Translations under genes and position numbers: made by a program
From: Nannocystis sp.
GTDB lineage: Bacteria > Myxococcota_A > Polyangia > Nannocystales > Nannocystaceae
Assembly: GCF_016717175.1 (NCBI RefSeq)
Contig: NZ_JADKFZ010000004.1
Direction: 5' to 3' (one strand)
DNA: 64,000 bases
In this document: positions 39,241-49,560 of the stretch, in pieces
How the letters are laid out: each line of letters starts with the position of its first letter
How positions within the stretch are numbered: the first letter of the stretch is position 1
The notes under the pieces: generated by a model
Seen by the model: the letters and a program-made list of their open reading frames with translations, nothing else
Told to the model about the DNA's origin: nothing
Databases searched by the model: none

Positions 39241-40167
39241 CTAAAAGCGCAGACCGAGGCCGCCGGGGCCGACGGCGACGCGGGTCCGCGGCCGCGTCTT
39301 GGCGAGGGCCATGAGGGCCGCACCGGCGACGAGGGTGACGCCAGCCAGGACACCGCCGACGACGGCGAGGCGGTTGCCGGCGCGGCCGCGCTGGATCAGG
39401 CCCTCGGCGAGCAGGGCGTCGATATCGCGCCCGGGATCGGCGGCTCGCTCGTCGCGCAGGCGGGACTCGGCGTGGGCGCCGACGCCGAGGCCGGTGGCGA
39501 ACAGGGCGAGGCAGAGGCCGCCGGCGCCGAGCAGGGCGGCGCCGGCGATCACCCGCGGGTCGGGGCCGGGGACCGGGGCGGGGGCGAGGCGCAGCGGGGG
39601 TGCACGCGGCGGTGGCACCTCGGCGACGGGCTGGTCTTCGGGACAGGTCGCTTCGGCCAGCTGGGCGTCGAGCTCGTCGCGCAGCTGGAGCGCCTGGCGC
39701 ACGCCGTCGAGCTCGTGGGCGGCGAGGCCGTGGGCCGCGTCGGCGGCGGCGAGGTAGTCGCGGACGAGGGTGCGGGCGCGACACAGCTGCGCGGGGTCGT
39801 GGCTGCGGGCGTGGGCCTGGCGGCGGGCGGCGACGCTGTCGAGGAGGGCGAGGGCGCGGCTCTCGTGGGTCTCGCGCGACTCGACGAGCAGGGCGAGGAC
39901 CTCGGCGTAGCGGTCGGCGGCGGCGGCGAAGTCACCGGCCTGGGTGGCCTCGTTGGCGGCGCCGTAGATCGCCTCCAGGCGGGCGCGCTCGTCGGATGGC
40001 GGCGCCTCGCTGCTGTGGGCGCCGGCGTGGGCCGGGGTCGCGAGGGCGAGGACGACGGCGGCGATCAGGGTCCGCAGGCCCCTGGCGCCCTGGCGGGCAC
40101 CCGCCTGCAGGCCCGCTGGGCCGCGATCCTGGCGCTTTCGCGGGCAATTGCGAGCCGCAAGGTACAC
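39241..40167 (-). CDS. membrane-anchored hypothetical protein (TPR-like helical N-domain, C-terminal TM pair), co-oriented upstream of the kinase
   Basis: Signal LIAAVVLALATPAHA, helical repeats, C-terminal hydrophobic segments. Ends 44 nt before the kinase start. Confidence 0.5.
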   Translation of the reverse strand: MYLAARNCPRKRQDRGPAGLQAGARQGARGLRTLIAAVVLALATPAHAGAHSSEAPPSDERARLEAIYGAANEATQAGDFAAAADRYAEVLALLVESRETHESRALALLDSVAARRQAHARSHDPAQLCRARTLVRDYLAAADAAHGLAAHELDGVRQALQLRDELDAQLAEATCPEDQPVAEVPPPRAPPLRLAPAPVPGPDPRVIAGAALLGAGGLCLALFATGLGVGAHAESRLRDERAADPGRDIDALLAEGLIQRGRAGNRLAVVGGVLAGVTLVAGAALMALAKTRPRTRVAVGPGGLGLRF

Positions 40168-40230
40168 CGGTGTGCAGGATCACCGATGGCCGGCCCCGGT
40201 GCAAGCCGACGAGGGTGATAGCATCGGCCG

Positions 40231-40632
40231 ATGTTCGCGCGGAGCCAGCGACGAGCCGGCCGGCGCTCGCTGAGGGGCGCCGCGGGGCTGGCTCTCGGGG
40301 GGCTGCTCGGCTGCTTCGTGCCGGATTTCCTGGCTTATACGCCGTGCCTGAGCGCGGACAGCTGCGCGGAGGCCGGGCTGCTCGGCTGCCTGTTGCCGCC
40401 GGCGGACAGCGGCCTGCGCGGGCTGTGCACGCTGGCCTGCGAGGACGACGCGGGCTGTCCGGAGGCGGCCGACGGCGACGCGCCGGCTCGCTGCGCGGGG
40501 GTCGGCGAGCGGCGCCTGTGTGTCCTTTCGTGCATGGACGGAGAGACATGTCCCGAGGGACATGTCTGTAAGGAGGTGTCCGGGATCGACGAGGGCGCGG
40601 CGCGGCTGTGCTTCCCGGAGGCGGCGCCGTGA
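40231..40632 (+). CDS. small Cys-rich lipoprotein
   Basis: LALGGLLGC lipobox and 12 Cys in 133 aa. The stop overlaps the next gene's GTG (GTGA). Confidence 0.5.
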   Translation: MFARSQRRAGRRSLRGAAGLALGGLLGCFVPDFLAYTPCLSADSCAEAGLLGCLLPPADSGLRGLCTLACEDDAGCPEAADGDAPARCAGVGERRLCVLSCMDGETCPEGHVCKEVSGIDEGAARLCFPEAAP

Positions 40633-42221
40633 GGGGGCTGGGGCGCGGGCTGGTGGTCGGGCTGGGCCTTTGGCGCGGGTTGGGGCTGGTGGTCGGGCTG
40701 GTGCCGGTGGTGGCGGCGGCGATGGTGCCGGTGCACGCGCAGCAGCAGCCGATCGTGGCGCCCGTGCGCGGGGCGGGCGATCAGTTCGGGTCGGCGATCG
40801 CGGTCGACGGCGACTTCGCGGTGATCGGCGCGCCGACGCGGACCTCGGTGTACCTGGGCGCGGGCGCGTTCTATCTCCTGCAGCGCAGCGGCGACACCTG
40901 GACGGTGACGCTGACCTACGACGAGCTGACGACGACGAGCCCGAACCGGGCGCTCGGGAGCTCGCTGGCGATCCGCGGCGATCTGCTGGCCGTGGGGGCG
41001 CCCGGGGCCAGCGCCGTCGGGCAGACCTACCTGTACCGCTACACGCGGGGGCTCGGCTGGACGATGGCGACGCTGCTCGGGTCGCCGCTGCCGACGGTGG
41101 GGGCCCGCTTCGGCGCGGCGGTCGGGGTGGCGCAGGGGCAGGTGCTGGTCGGCGAGACGGTCGAGAGCTTGCCGCCGGTCGACATGGTGACGGGCAAGGC
41201 CCATGTGTTCGACGAGGCGAGCAGCTGGGTCGCCACGCAGACGCTGACGCCGGTCGACAGCGAGGCCGGCGATCGCTTCGGGCTGGCGATCGCGGTCGAC
41301 GGCGACATCGCGGTGATCGGGGCGCCAGGCAAGGAGGGGGCGCGCGGGGCGGCCTATGTGTGGACGCGCTTCGGCGCGACGTGGACGCAGGCGCAGAAGC
41401 TGGTGATCGCGGGCGACCGGGTGATCGACGACTTCTTCGGGCAGACGGTGGCGGTGGCGGGGGAGCGGGTGCTGGTCGGGGCGTACGGTCGCAATGGTCA
41501 GCTCGGGGCGGCGTACCTGTTCGTGCGCAGCGGCGACACGTGGACGCAGACGCAGGAGCTGACCGCGGACGAGCCGACGATGTTCGAGGTGTTCGGCGGG
41601 CGGGTGGCGCTGACGTCCGAGCACGCGCTGGTGGCCGGCTGGGGCTACGAGTTCGTCGACGCGATCGGCTCGCGCGGGGGCGGGTACCTGTTTCGCGGCA
41701 GCGGCGAGGCGCTGACAATGCTGGCGGCGCTGCGGGCCGACGACGGGGTGCCGGGCGATCTGCTCGGCGTCGGCGCGGCGCTGTCCGACCAGGCGGCGCT
41801 GCTCGGCGCGCCCTTCGACGACGCGCCGGCCAATCCGCCCAACATGAGCAAGGCGCCTGGCTCGGCGCAGGTGTTCGGGCTGCTGCAGGCGGTCGGGGAG
41901 GGCTGCGTCGACGACCTCGACTGCGGGGCGGAGGCCCGCTGCTGCGAGGATGTGTGCGCCGAGGTGTCGCTGTGCGCGGTGGCCGGCTCGAGCAGCGGCG
42001 GGGGCGAGGGGTCGAGCGGCGGGGCGGCGACGACGCCGACGACCGGCGGTCCAGAGCAAGGCAGCAGCGGGACGGGCCCGCCGGGCGTGAGCTTCGAGCC
42101 GGGTGAGGCGGGCTGCGCCTGCGGGGCGACGCGGCCCAGCGGCGTCGCCGCCGCGTGGTGCTTCGCGCTGCTGCTGAGTTTGCGCAGGCGACGGGTGGCG
42201 AGTCGCCGGGTCGGGATGTAA
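40629..42221 (+). CDS. FG-GAP/integrin-alpha-like beta-propeller repeat protein with MYXO-CTERM sorting tail
   Basis: Repeated DxFGxAVAV/DGDxAVIGAP blades. The C-terminus GCACGATRPSGVAAAWCFALLLSLRRRR is the MYXO-CTERM pattern. Confidence 0.8.
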   Translation: MRGLGRGLVVGLGLWRGLGLVVGLVPVVAAAMVPVHAQQQPIVAPVRGAGDQFGSAIAVDGDFAVIGAPTRTSVYLGAGAFYLLQRSGDTWTVTLTYDELTTTSPNRALGSSLAIRGDLLAVGAPGASAVGQTYLYRYTRGLGWTMATLLGSPLPTVGARFGAAVGVAQGQVLVGETVESLPPVDMVTGKAHVFDEASSWVATQTLTPVDSEAGDRFGLAIAVDGDIAVIGAPGKEGARGAAYVWTRFGATWTQAQKLVIAGDRVIDDFFGQTVAVAGERVLVGAYGRNGQLGAAYLFVRSGDTWTQTQELTADEPTMFEVFGGRVALTSEHALVAGWGYEFVDAIGSRGGGYLFRGSGEALTMLAALRADDGVPGDLLGVGAALSDQAALLGAPFDDAPANPPNMSKAPGSAQVFGLLQAVGEGCVDDLDCGAEARCCEDVCAEVSLCAVAGSSSGGGEGSSGGAATTPTTGGPEQGSSGTGPPGVSFEPGEAGCACGATRPSGVAAAWCFALLLSLRRRRVASRRVGM

Positions 42222-42271
42222 GAGTTTCATTGCCGCTGCAACGAGGGCGGCGTCGCGGACGAACGCCGGCC

Positions 42272-44131
42272 ATGCACACACGCAACACGGCAGCGATCAT
42301 CGGGATCGGGATGATGTGGGTCGCGCTCGTCGCTGGCTGTTACACCGGGGCGGTGGCACAGGAGGCGAGCGAGGGCGGTGAGATCGAGGGCAGCGGGGGC
42401 AGCGGCGGCAGCGGGGGCGCGGCGGGTGAGAGCAGCGGCGAGGTCGGCGAGAGCAGCGGCGGTGAGTCCGAGGGGCGCATGCTGGACGCGGGCAACCAGG
42501 CGCCGGAGATCGTCGACCCGGGGCCGCAGAGCGTCGCAGAGGATGAGTCGCTGGCGCTGGCGCTGACGGTCCACGATCCCGACGGCGATCCGCTGCGGGT
42601 GTGGGCGCTGGGGCTGCCGCCCGGGGCCAGCTGGGACGAGCCGGCGCGGGTGCTGCGGTTCCGGCCGGACTTCATCCAGGGCGGGCAGCAATGGACGGTG
42701 ACGATCGTCGCCGACGACGGGGCGCGCCGCAGCACGCTCGCGGTGGAGGTCGCGGCGATCGACAGCATCCGTCCGCCCGAACCGGAGATCCTCGGGGTCG
42801 AGGAGCTCGACGGCTTCACTCGCATCACCCTGTCGCAGATCACGGACGACTACCTGGCGAGCCCGGGCAACGCCGGCCAGGAGTTCGCTGCGTTCGTGAT
42901 GGTGCCGGCGTTCATGGACGAGGCTGAGCGCTTCCCGGTGCGGATCGGGCTGCACGGGATCGGCACCGCGACGCCGCCGAGCAGCGGCAGCGCCAGCGAG
43001 TTTCGCATCGGCCCGCACGACCCGGACAACACCTACTGGTGGGGCTACGACGCCGGCCTGCCGGACGCCGACCCGCTCGGCGTGGACGTGCCGGACTACA
43101 CGCAGCGGCGGGTGATGCACCTGCTCGGCTGGGTGCTGGAGTCGTATCCGCAGGCCGACGCGGGGCGGGTGTACGTGGCCGGGAGCTCGATGGGCGGGGC
43201 CGGGGCGATGACGCTGGGGCTGTGGTACGCGCGGCACTTCGCGTACCTGAGCGCGCAGCTCGGGCAGTCGGTGCCGCGCAACCACCGGCCGTCCCGCGTG
43301 GCCCAGCTCGAGGGGCTGTGGGGTCCGAGCGACGCGCCGGTGTGGGACAGCCTCGACCTGACGTGGGTGCTGGCGACGTCGGCGGAGGCGCGCGAGCAGT
43401 ACATGTTCGTCCGCCACGGGAAGGACGACCCGACGATCCACTTCGGGGCCGCGGTGCTGGCGAGCCCGCGGACCGGCGAGCGCCTGTACGACGCGCTGCA
43501 GGGGCTGGCGGTCGGGCACCTCGCGGTGTGGGACGAGGGGGCGCACGGTCCGGCGGACCCGAAGCTCGGCGCGGGCTGGTGGGACGACGGCTTCTCGCCG
43601 ATCTACGACGGGACCAGCTTCCTGCGCAGCGACCTCGCGTTCCCGGCCTTCAGCCTGTCGTCAGCGGACGGCGATCCGGGCGACGGCGGCGGCAACGGCA
43701 AGCAGAGCTGGGACGTGAACGCCGGCTACGCGGGCGTGCTGGAGGTGGCGGGGGACACCGGCTGGAACGGCGAGATCGCGGGGGCGCTGAACCGCTTCCT
43801 GCGCTGGGACGCGACCGCGGTCGTCGACACGCTCGACCGCTTCGCCGTGCCGCTGCACGTCCACGACGGCGACGGTGAGGATGCGCCGGCGGCCGGGTAC
43901 CCGAGCCGCGGCGACCGCTTCGACGGCGAGCTGCCGGTGGTGGTCGACGTGACGCCGCGGCGAGTGCAGGCGTTTCGTCTGCGGCCGGGCGAGGTGGTGG
44001 CGTGGCGCTTCGGCGCGCAGTCGGGCGAGGCGATCGCGAACGCGACGGGCGAGCTGACGATCCCGGGGCTCGAGCTGGGGCTCGACTGGCAGCTGCTCGA
44101 GCTGCGTCGGGTGGCGATCCTGGTGCGCTGA
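42272..44131 (+). CDS. lipoprotein with cadherin-like (CADG-type) domain and alpha/beta-hydrolase (esterase/peptidase-like) domain
   Basis: VALVAGC lipobox. NQAPEIVDPGPQSVAEDESLALALTVHDPDGDPL is a dystroglycan-type cadherin-like domain. GSSMGG is a nucleophile elbow. Confidence 0.7.
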   Translation: MHTRNTAAIIGIGMMWVALVAGCYTGAVAQEASEGGEIEGSGGSGGSGGAAGESSGEVGESSGGESEGRMLDAGNQAPEIVDPGPQSVAEDESLALALTVHDPDGDPLRVWALGLPPGASWDEPARVLRFRPDFIQGGQQWTVTIVADDGARRSTLAVEVAAIDSIRPPEPEILGVEELDGFTRITLSQITDDYLASPGNAGQEFAAFVMVPAFMDEAERFPVRIGLHGIGTATPPSSGSASEFRIGPHDPDNTYWWGYDAGLPDADPLGVDVPDYTQRRVMHLLGWVLESYPQADAGRVYVAGSSMGGAGAMTLGLWYARHFAYLSAQLGQSVPRNHRPSRVAQLEGLWGPSDAPVWDSLDLTWVLATSAEAREQYMFVRHGKDDPTIHFGAAVLASPRTGERLYDALQGLAVGHLAVWDEGAHGPADPKLGAGWWDDGFSPIYDGTSFLRSDLAFPAFSLSSADGDPGDGGGNGKQSWDVNAGYAGVLEVAGDTGWNGEIAGALNRFLRWDATAVVDTLDRFAVPLHVHDGDGEDAPAAGYPSRGDRFDGELPVVVDVTPRRVQAFRLRPGEVVAWRFGAQSGEAIANATGELTIPGLELGLDWQLLELRRVAILVR

Positions 44132-44163
44132 GCGACGGGTGAGGGCCGCGGGGGCGCGGCGGC

Positions 44164-44706
44164 TCAGGGCGCCGGCTGGCCGTCGCGGCGGGCCTCGCTG
44201 AGCAGGCGCTCGAGCAGCTGGATCTGCTGCTGTTGCATCTGCACGAGCTCGGACCACTGGCGCTCGCGCAGGAGGTCGAGCTTCTCGTGGAGGTAGCGGA
44301 TCTCGAGCTCGGCCTTGAGGTTGACCTCGTAGTCGTGGGCGGCGTCGGCCCGGTCGCGGGCGGCCTGGCGGTTCTGCGACATGAGGATGACCGGGGCCTG
44401 GAGGGCGGCGAGCATCGACAGGGCGAGGTTTAGCAGGATGAAGGGGAAGGGGTCGAAGGCGCCGCGGCCGAGCGAGACGTTGCAGATGATCCACACGGCG
44501 AGCACGCCGAGGCAGATCAGGATGAAGGTCCACGAGCCGCCGAAGCTGGCGATGCGGTCGGCGATGCGCTCGCCGAAGGTGCGCTGGTCGTCGAGGGCCT
44601 GCTGAACGTCGCGGCTGATCGCCGTTCCGGCGCGCAAGGCCTCGACGACGCGGAGCTCCTGGGCGTCGAGCTCACGGGAGTCGCTGGGCGGTTCGAGGGG
44701 CTGCAT
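44164..44706 (-). CDS. DUF1003-family membrane protein
   Basis: GGSWTFILICLGVLAVWIICN...PFPFILLNLALSMLAALQAPVILMSQNRQ is the characteristic DUF1003 core. Confidence 0.7.
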   Translation of the reverse strand: MQPLEPPSDSRELDAQELRVVEALRAGTAISRDVQQALDDQRTFGERIADRIASFGGSWTFILICLGVLAVWIICNVSLGRGAFDPFPFILLNLALSMLAALQAPVILMSQNRQAARDRADAAHDYEVNLKAELEIRYLHEKLDLLRERQWSELVQMQQQQIQLLERLLSEARRDGQPAP

Positions 44707-44738
44707 GGCCTGGCGAGCCTACACCGGCGGTCTGCGGT

Positions 44739-45735
44739 TCAGGAGGTGGCGATCACGGCGATGCCCAGGACGATGAGGTAGGGGACGAAGGGGAGCAGGC
44801 CGACGCGCACGAGCAGGGTCATGAGGGCGCGCAGGGTCAGGCTGCCGACCGCGAAGCTGGCGGCGAAGCCGAGGGCGTAGCTGGTCGGGGCGATGCTCGT
44901 GGCGCTGCCGTGCTGCCACAGGTCGAGCGACTCCTTGAGCGAGGCGCCGAGGATCGCGGGGATCGCGAGCAGGAAGGAGAAGCGGGCCGCGGGCAGGCGA
45001 CCGAGGCCGAGGGCCATCGCGGCGGCCATGGTCGAGCCGCTGCGCGAGATGCCGGGCAGGATCGCTACCAGCTGGGCGAGGCCGATGACGAGGCCCTGCC
45101 ACGGGCGCGGGGCCTCGAGGCTGGCGACGCTGTCGTCGCGGCGGTGCGAGAAGGCGAGCAGGGCGGCGGTGATGAGGAAGCCGCAGCCGATCCAGCGGGT
45201 GCTGGTCTCGGCGGCGAGGACGATCGCCATGGTCGTGTCGCTGAGCGCGAGGGCCAGCGGGAGGGTGCCGAGGATGAGCGCGAGCAGGAGGGCGCGGGCG
45301 GTGTTCAGGGGCGGGCCGACGCGCGCGGGGACCAGGTCGCGCGAGGGGCCAGGTGGTGGGCCAGGGTTAGCACCTGGCCGGGCCCGCGGCGGGGGGGGGC
45401 CAGGGGCCTGGCCGTGAACCTGGCCCATTGGACAGGTCGTCGGCGAGCGCGAGGGGGTCGCCGACGGGGGCTGTGGGGGTCCCGGTGTGGTGGACGATCG
45501 CGACCTGGCGCGGCTGGAACACGGCGCGGGCGAGGGCGCCGAGGTCGTGGCGGTAGAACAGCAGGACGGCGACCAGGGTGCCGGCGTGGACGACGATGTT
45601 GAAGGTGTGGCCGCCGCTGGCCGCGTCGACGCCGAGCCAGGTCTGGGCCAGGGCGAGGTGGCCCGAGGAGGAGATCGGGAGGAACTCGGCGACGCCCTGG
45701 AGGGCGCCGAGGGCGAGGGCCAGCAGCGGGCCCAT
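44739..45735 (-). CDS. uppP: undecaprenyl-diphosphatase (UppP/BacA), interrupted by a 1-nt frameshift at a C9 (G9 on plus) homopolymer at 45391-45399
   Basis: N-terminal half (MGPLLALALGALQGVAEFLPISSSGHL...) is in the frame of track ORF 45367.. The C-terminal half (...LLLALILGTLPLALALSD...PGISRSGSTMAAAMALG...) is in ORF 44739..45428. Removing one C from the C9 run joins them. Confidence 0.75.
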
Positions 45736-45746
45736 GCCGGGGTCGC

Positions 45747-47597
45747 TCACGCATCCTCCGCGGGGGCCTCGTTGGCGGCGGAGCTGTCCTCCGGGACAGC
45801 CGCGGACGCGTGCTCGGCGGAGCTGTCCTCCGGGACAGCCGCGGACGCGTGCTCGGCGGAGCTGTCCTCCGGGACAGCCGCGCGCGCGCGCTCGACGACG
45901 CCGCGCTCCCACAGCTGCTCGTCGATCGCGCGCATGAGGGCCGCGGTGCTGCGGCGCTCGTTGGCGCTGATGAAGTAGGTGTGGCGGTCGGCGTCGGCGC
46001 GGCGCTGGTTGAGCTCGTCGGGACCCAGGCGGTCGATCTTGTTGTAGACCCACAGGCGGGGCACGGCGCCGGCACCGATCTCGCCGAGGATCGCCTCGAC
46101 GGTGGCGCGCTGCTGGTCCTGGTCGGGGTCGCTGGCGTCGACGACGACGAGCAGGAGGTCGGCCTCGGCGACCTCCTCGAGGGTGGCGGAGAAGGCCTGG
46201 ACGAGCGCGGGGGGGAGGTCGCGGATGAAGCCGACGGTGTCGAGGAGGACGACCTCGTAGTCCTTGGGGAAGCGGATCCTGCGGACGCTGGGGTCGAGGG
46301 TGGCGAACAGCTTGTCCTCGGCGACGACGGCGCTGTCGGTGACGGTGTTGAGCAGGCTGCTCTTGCCGGCGTTGGTGTAGCCGACGATCGCGACCACGGG
46401 GACGCCGGTGCGCCGGCGCAGGGCTCGACGCTGGTCGCGGCGCTGCTTGAGCGCGAGCAGGCGGCGCTCGAGGTCGTGGATGCGCTCCTTGGCGCGGCGG
46501 CGGTCGATCTCGAGTTTGGTCTCGCCGGGGCCGCGACCACCGATGCCGCCGGCGAGCCGCGACATGGCGGTGCCGTGGCCGATCATCCGCGGCAGGAGGT
46601 AGCGCAGCTGGGCCAGCTCGACCTGCAGCTTGCCGTCGGCCGAGGTGGCGTGCTGGGCGAAGATGTCGAGGATGAGGGTGGTGCGGTCGATGACCTTGAG
46701 GTCGGTGCGCTCGCCGATCTCGCGGGCCTGCGAGGGGGTGAGGTCGGGGTCGCAGATCAGGAGCTCGACGTCCTGGGCGAGGGCCCGCACGAGCACGTCG
46801 CGCAGCTTGCCCTGGCCGAAGAAGGTGCGCGGGTCGGGGCCGGGGCGGCGCTGGGTGGCGAGGTCGACTAAGTGGAGGCCGTCGGTGCGGCACAGCTCGC
46901 GCAGCTCCTGCTCGCGGGCGTGCAGCTCGGGGCCCTCGCCCTGGTGGATCATGAGGGCCATGGCGCGGGTGCCCTGCGACTCGGCGCGCGCGCCCGCGGT
47001 GGCGGCGACGAGGCCGGCCTCGAGGTCGCGGATGAAGCCGAGGAAGTCGGAGGGCATGTCCGCGGCGGGCCGCATGCCGGTGGTGTGGCCGGGGTCGTCG
47101 TCGTCGCGGGCGAGCACGCCGAGCGGGACGCGCGGGAAGCCGCGCACGACGAAGATGTCCTTTGAGCCAGGTTGTGGCGGGGCCAGGCTGGCGAGGTCGA
47201 TCTGGACGCCGGCGGGGCCGCGGTGGATCGCGGCGAGGAGGTCGAGGCGCAGCTTGGCGAGGTCGGCGAGCTCCTCGCGGGTCGGCGGGTCGGGGACCAG
47301 GTGGGTGAGGACCAGCCGGACGCCGCGCAGGCGGCCGCCCTGGCCGCGCACGCGGGTGAACTCCGGGAGGGCGAGGCTGTGGGCGTCGCCGAGGATGACG
47401 CGCTGGACGCGGCCGCGGCGGTCGATGAAGAGGCCGAGCTGGCGGTTGAGCTGGTGCGAGAGCTCGAGCAGGTCGCGCGCGAGCACGGCCGAGATGACGC
47501 TCGTCGGCGGGACCTGGCGCGCGCCGAGCCGCTGCAGCGCGCGGGCCTGGCTGCTCTTGAGGTTCGCCGTGTCGCCGTGGACGATCGGGTCGCTCAC
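45747..47597 (-). CDS. hflX: GTPase HflX with C-terminal repeat extension
   Basis: G-domain VAIVGYTNAGKSSLLN...DTVGF...NKID. N-terminal HflX domain. GTG start overlaps the upstream gene's stop. C-terminal (AAVPEDSSAEHAS)x3 encoded by the 45778-45895 repeat. Confidence 0.85.
   Translation of the reverse strand: MSDPIVHGDTANLKSSQARALQRLGARQVPPTSVISAVLARDLLELSHQLNRQLGLFIDRRGRVQRVILGDAHSLALPEFTRVRGQGGRLRGVRLVLTHLVPDPPTREELADLAKLRLDLLAAIHRGPAGVQIDLASLAPPQPGSKDIFVVRGFPRVPLGVLARDDDDPGHTTGMRPAADMPSDFLGFIRDLEAGLVAATAGARAESQGTRAMALMIHQGEGPELHAREQELRELCRTDGLHLVDLATQRRPGPDPRTFFGQGKLRDVLVRALAQDVELLICDPDLTPSQAREIGERTDLKVIDRTTLILDIFAQHATSADGKLQVELAQLRYLLPRMIGHGTAMSRLAGGIGGRGPGETKLEIDRRRAKERIHDLERRLLALKQRRDQRRALRRRTGVPVVAIVGYTNAGKSSLLNTVTDSAVVAEDKLFATLDPSVRRIRFPKDYEVVLLDTVGFIRDLPPALVQAFSATLEEVAEADLLLVVVDASDPDQDQQRATVEAILGEIGAGAVPRLWVYNKIDRLGPDELNQRRADADRHTYFISANERRSTAALMRAIDEQLWERGVVERARAAVPEDSSAEHASAAVPEDSSAEHASAAVPEDSSAANEAPAEDA
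45778..45895. repeat. 39-bp in-frame tandem repeat x3 at the 3' end of hflX, containing the near-palindrome CTGTCCTCCGGGACAG
   Basis: ggcggagctgtcctccgggacagccgcggacgcgtgctc repeated three times. Confidence 0.85.
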
Positions 47598-49560
47598 GAG
47601 GCGTCGCTGTCGCCGGTGTCGAGCACGCGCAGGGCCACGGCGAGGGCCTGCTGGGCGTGCAGCGCGGCCTCGCGGCGGCGGTGGAGCCCAGCCTCGGCGC
47701 GCTCGAGGTTGCCGGTCAGGTCGTCCTGGATCGCGACGAGCTCGCGGATCCTGGCGGCGGCCTCGTCGGCCTGGCTCTGGGCCTGGTCGGCGGCGATGTC
47801 GGCGGCCTGCTGGAGGCGCTGGATCTCGGCGCGGGCGTGGGCCTCGGCGGTGGCGAGGTTGTGGGTGAGGCGCTGGATCTCGGCGCGGGCGCTGTCCTCG
47901 GTGGCGGCCAGGCTCTGGGTGAGCTGGGAGATCTGGAGGCGGGCGTTCTCCTCGGTCTCGGCGAGCAGCTGGGACATGCGCTCGCGCTCGTGCTGGGCCT
48001 GCTGCTGGGCCGCGGTGAGCTGGCGCTGGGCCTGCTGCTGGGTGTCGGCGAGCTGGCGCTGGGCCTGCTGCTGGGTGTCGGCGAGCAGGTGCTGGGCTTG
48101 CTGCTGGGTGTCGGCGAGCTCCTTCTGCAGGCCGTCGACGGTGATGCGGTGCTCCTGCGTGAGCTCGTCGATCTCGGCCTGGTGCTGATCACCGAGCGAG
48201 GCGATGGCGGCGGCGCGCTCCTTACGGGCGGTGGCGAGGCCGTCGGCGAGCTCCTGGCGGGCCAGCTCGAGCTGCTGGGCGAGACTCGCGGCCTGTTCGC
48301 GGGTGTTCTCGAGGTCCTCGTGGATGCCGGCGACCTGCTCCGAGAGCGCCTGCACGCGGGCGGCGAGGCCGTCGCGCTCCTGCTCGAGCTCGGCGATCTG
48401 GCTGGCCTGCGTGGCGATGTGCTGGCGGGCCTCGGTGGCGGCGGCGCCGGCCTGCTGTTGGGTCTGGGCGAGCTGCTGCTGGACGCCGACGAGCTGGGCC
48501 TCGGTGTCCTTGAGCTTCTTGAGGGTGACCTCGAGGCGGGTCTTGAGGCCCTCCTCGCGCTTGAGCAGCGTCTGCTTGTCGCGCTGGGCGGCCTCGGAGG
48601 TCTCGCGCGAGGAGAGGACCTGCTCCTGCGAGCTGACCAGCTGGGTCTCGAGCTCGCCGAGCTGGGCCTGGAGCTCGCGGTGGTGCTTCTTGGCGTCGAG
48701 GACGGCGCGCTCACGCAGCTCGAGCTCGTCCTTGAGGGCGAGGATCTCGCGGTTCTTGGCGTTGAGCTGCGACTTGAGCTGGAGCGCCTCGCGCTGGGCC
48801 TTGAAGCCGGCGCCGGACGACTCGCCGTCGCCGACGGCGAGCTCGGGGACGGGTCCGGAGATCCGGCTGGCGCCGGAGGCCTCGCTGACGACGCCGCTGC
48901 GCGAGCGGGCCGGCGGCTCGGCGCTGCGGCGCACGGCGACGGTGTGATCGTCGTCGTCGCGGAGCTCACCCGTCTGGTTGCCGCTGGTGGCGGTCAAGTT
49001 GTTGAACTCGTCGGCGAACTCGCGTTCGAACTGCTGGTGCGGGGCGGGTGGCGGGGCTCGGATGCCGGAGGGCTCGCTGAGCTCGACGTCGAGGCGGGGG
49101 CGGGCGCGGGCCTCGGGGCGGGAGATCGGGCGCGGACTCGCGGGCGCAGCGGCGGCGGCCGGGGCGGCGCGGCCGGGCTCGCCGAGGTTCAAGTACGGGC
49201 GCACGGCGGCGAGCAGGCGATCGGCGTCGACCGGGAGGCGCAGGTACTGGTCGGCGTGGGTCTTGAGGTTGCGGTGCTGCTCGATGACATCGTCGCTGGC
49301 GTTGGACGAGTAGAGCACCAGCGGGATCTTGCGCGTGTCCTCGTTGCGGCGCAGGCGGTTGCACACCGAGAAGCCGGTGGTCAGCGGCAGCTCGGCGCGC
49401 AGGAGGATGATGTCCGGCGCGGCCTGGCGGGCGACGTTGACGGCCTCCGGTCCGTTCTCCGTGACCGTGAACTCGAACCCGTACGGCGCGAGGATGCTCT
49501 TGAGGGTGGCGGGAGTCTTGCCGTCAGCGTCGATGATCAGGGCAGAGAACACGGGCGGCA
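47594..49560 (-). CDS. FrzS/AglZ-like protein: N-terminal response-regulator receiver-like domain plus long C-terminal coiled coil
   Basis: ALIIDADGKT...DIILLRAELPLTTGFSVCNRLRRNEDTRKIPLVLYSS is a CheY-like fold, followed by ~450 aa of heptad coiled coil with ADTQQQAQ repeats. The start is uncertain: a GTG near 49560 or the ATG at 49711 with a Pro/Arg-rich extension. Confidence 0.65.

Noticed and set aside
40180-42300. ORFs 40180..42300 (706 aa), 40335..42281, 40520..42106 opposite or offset to the FG-GAP gene
   Set aside because: Low-complexity RP-rich. The plus-frame product has propeller repeats and a MYXO-CTERM tail.
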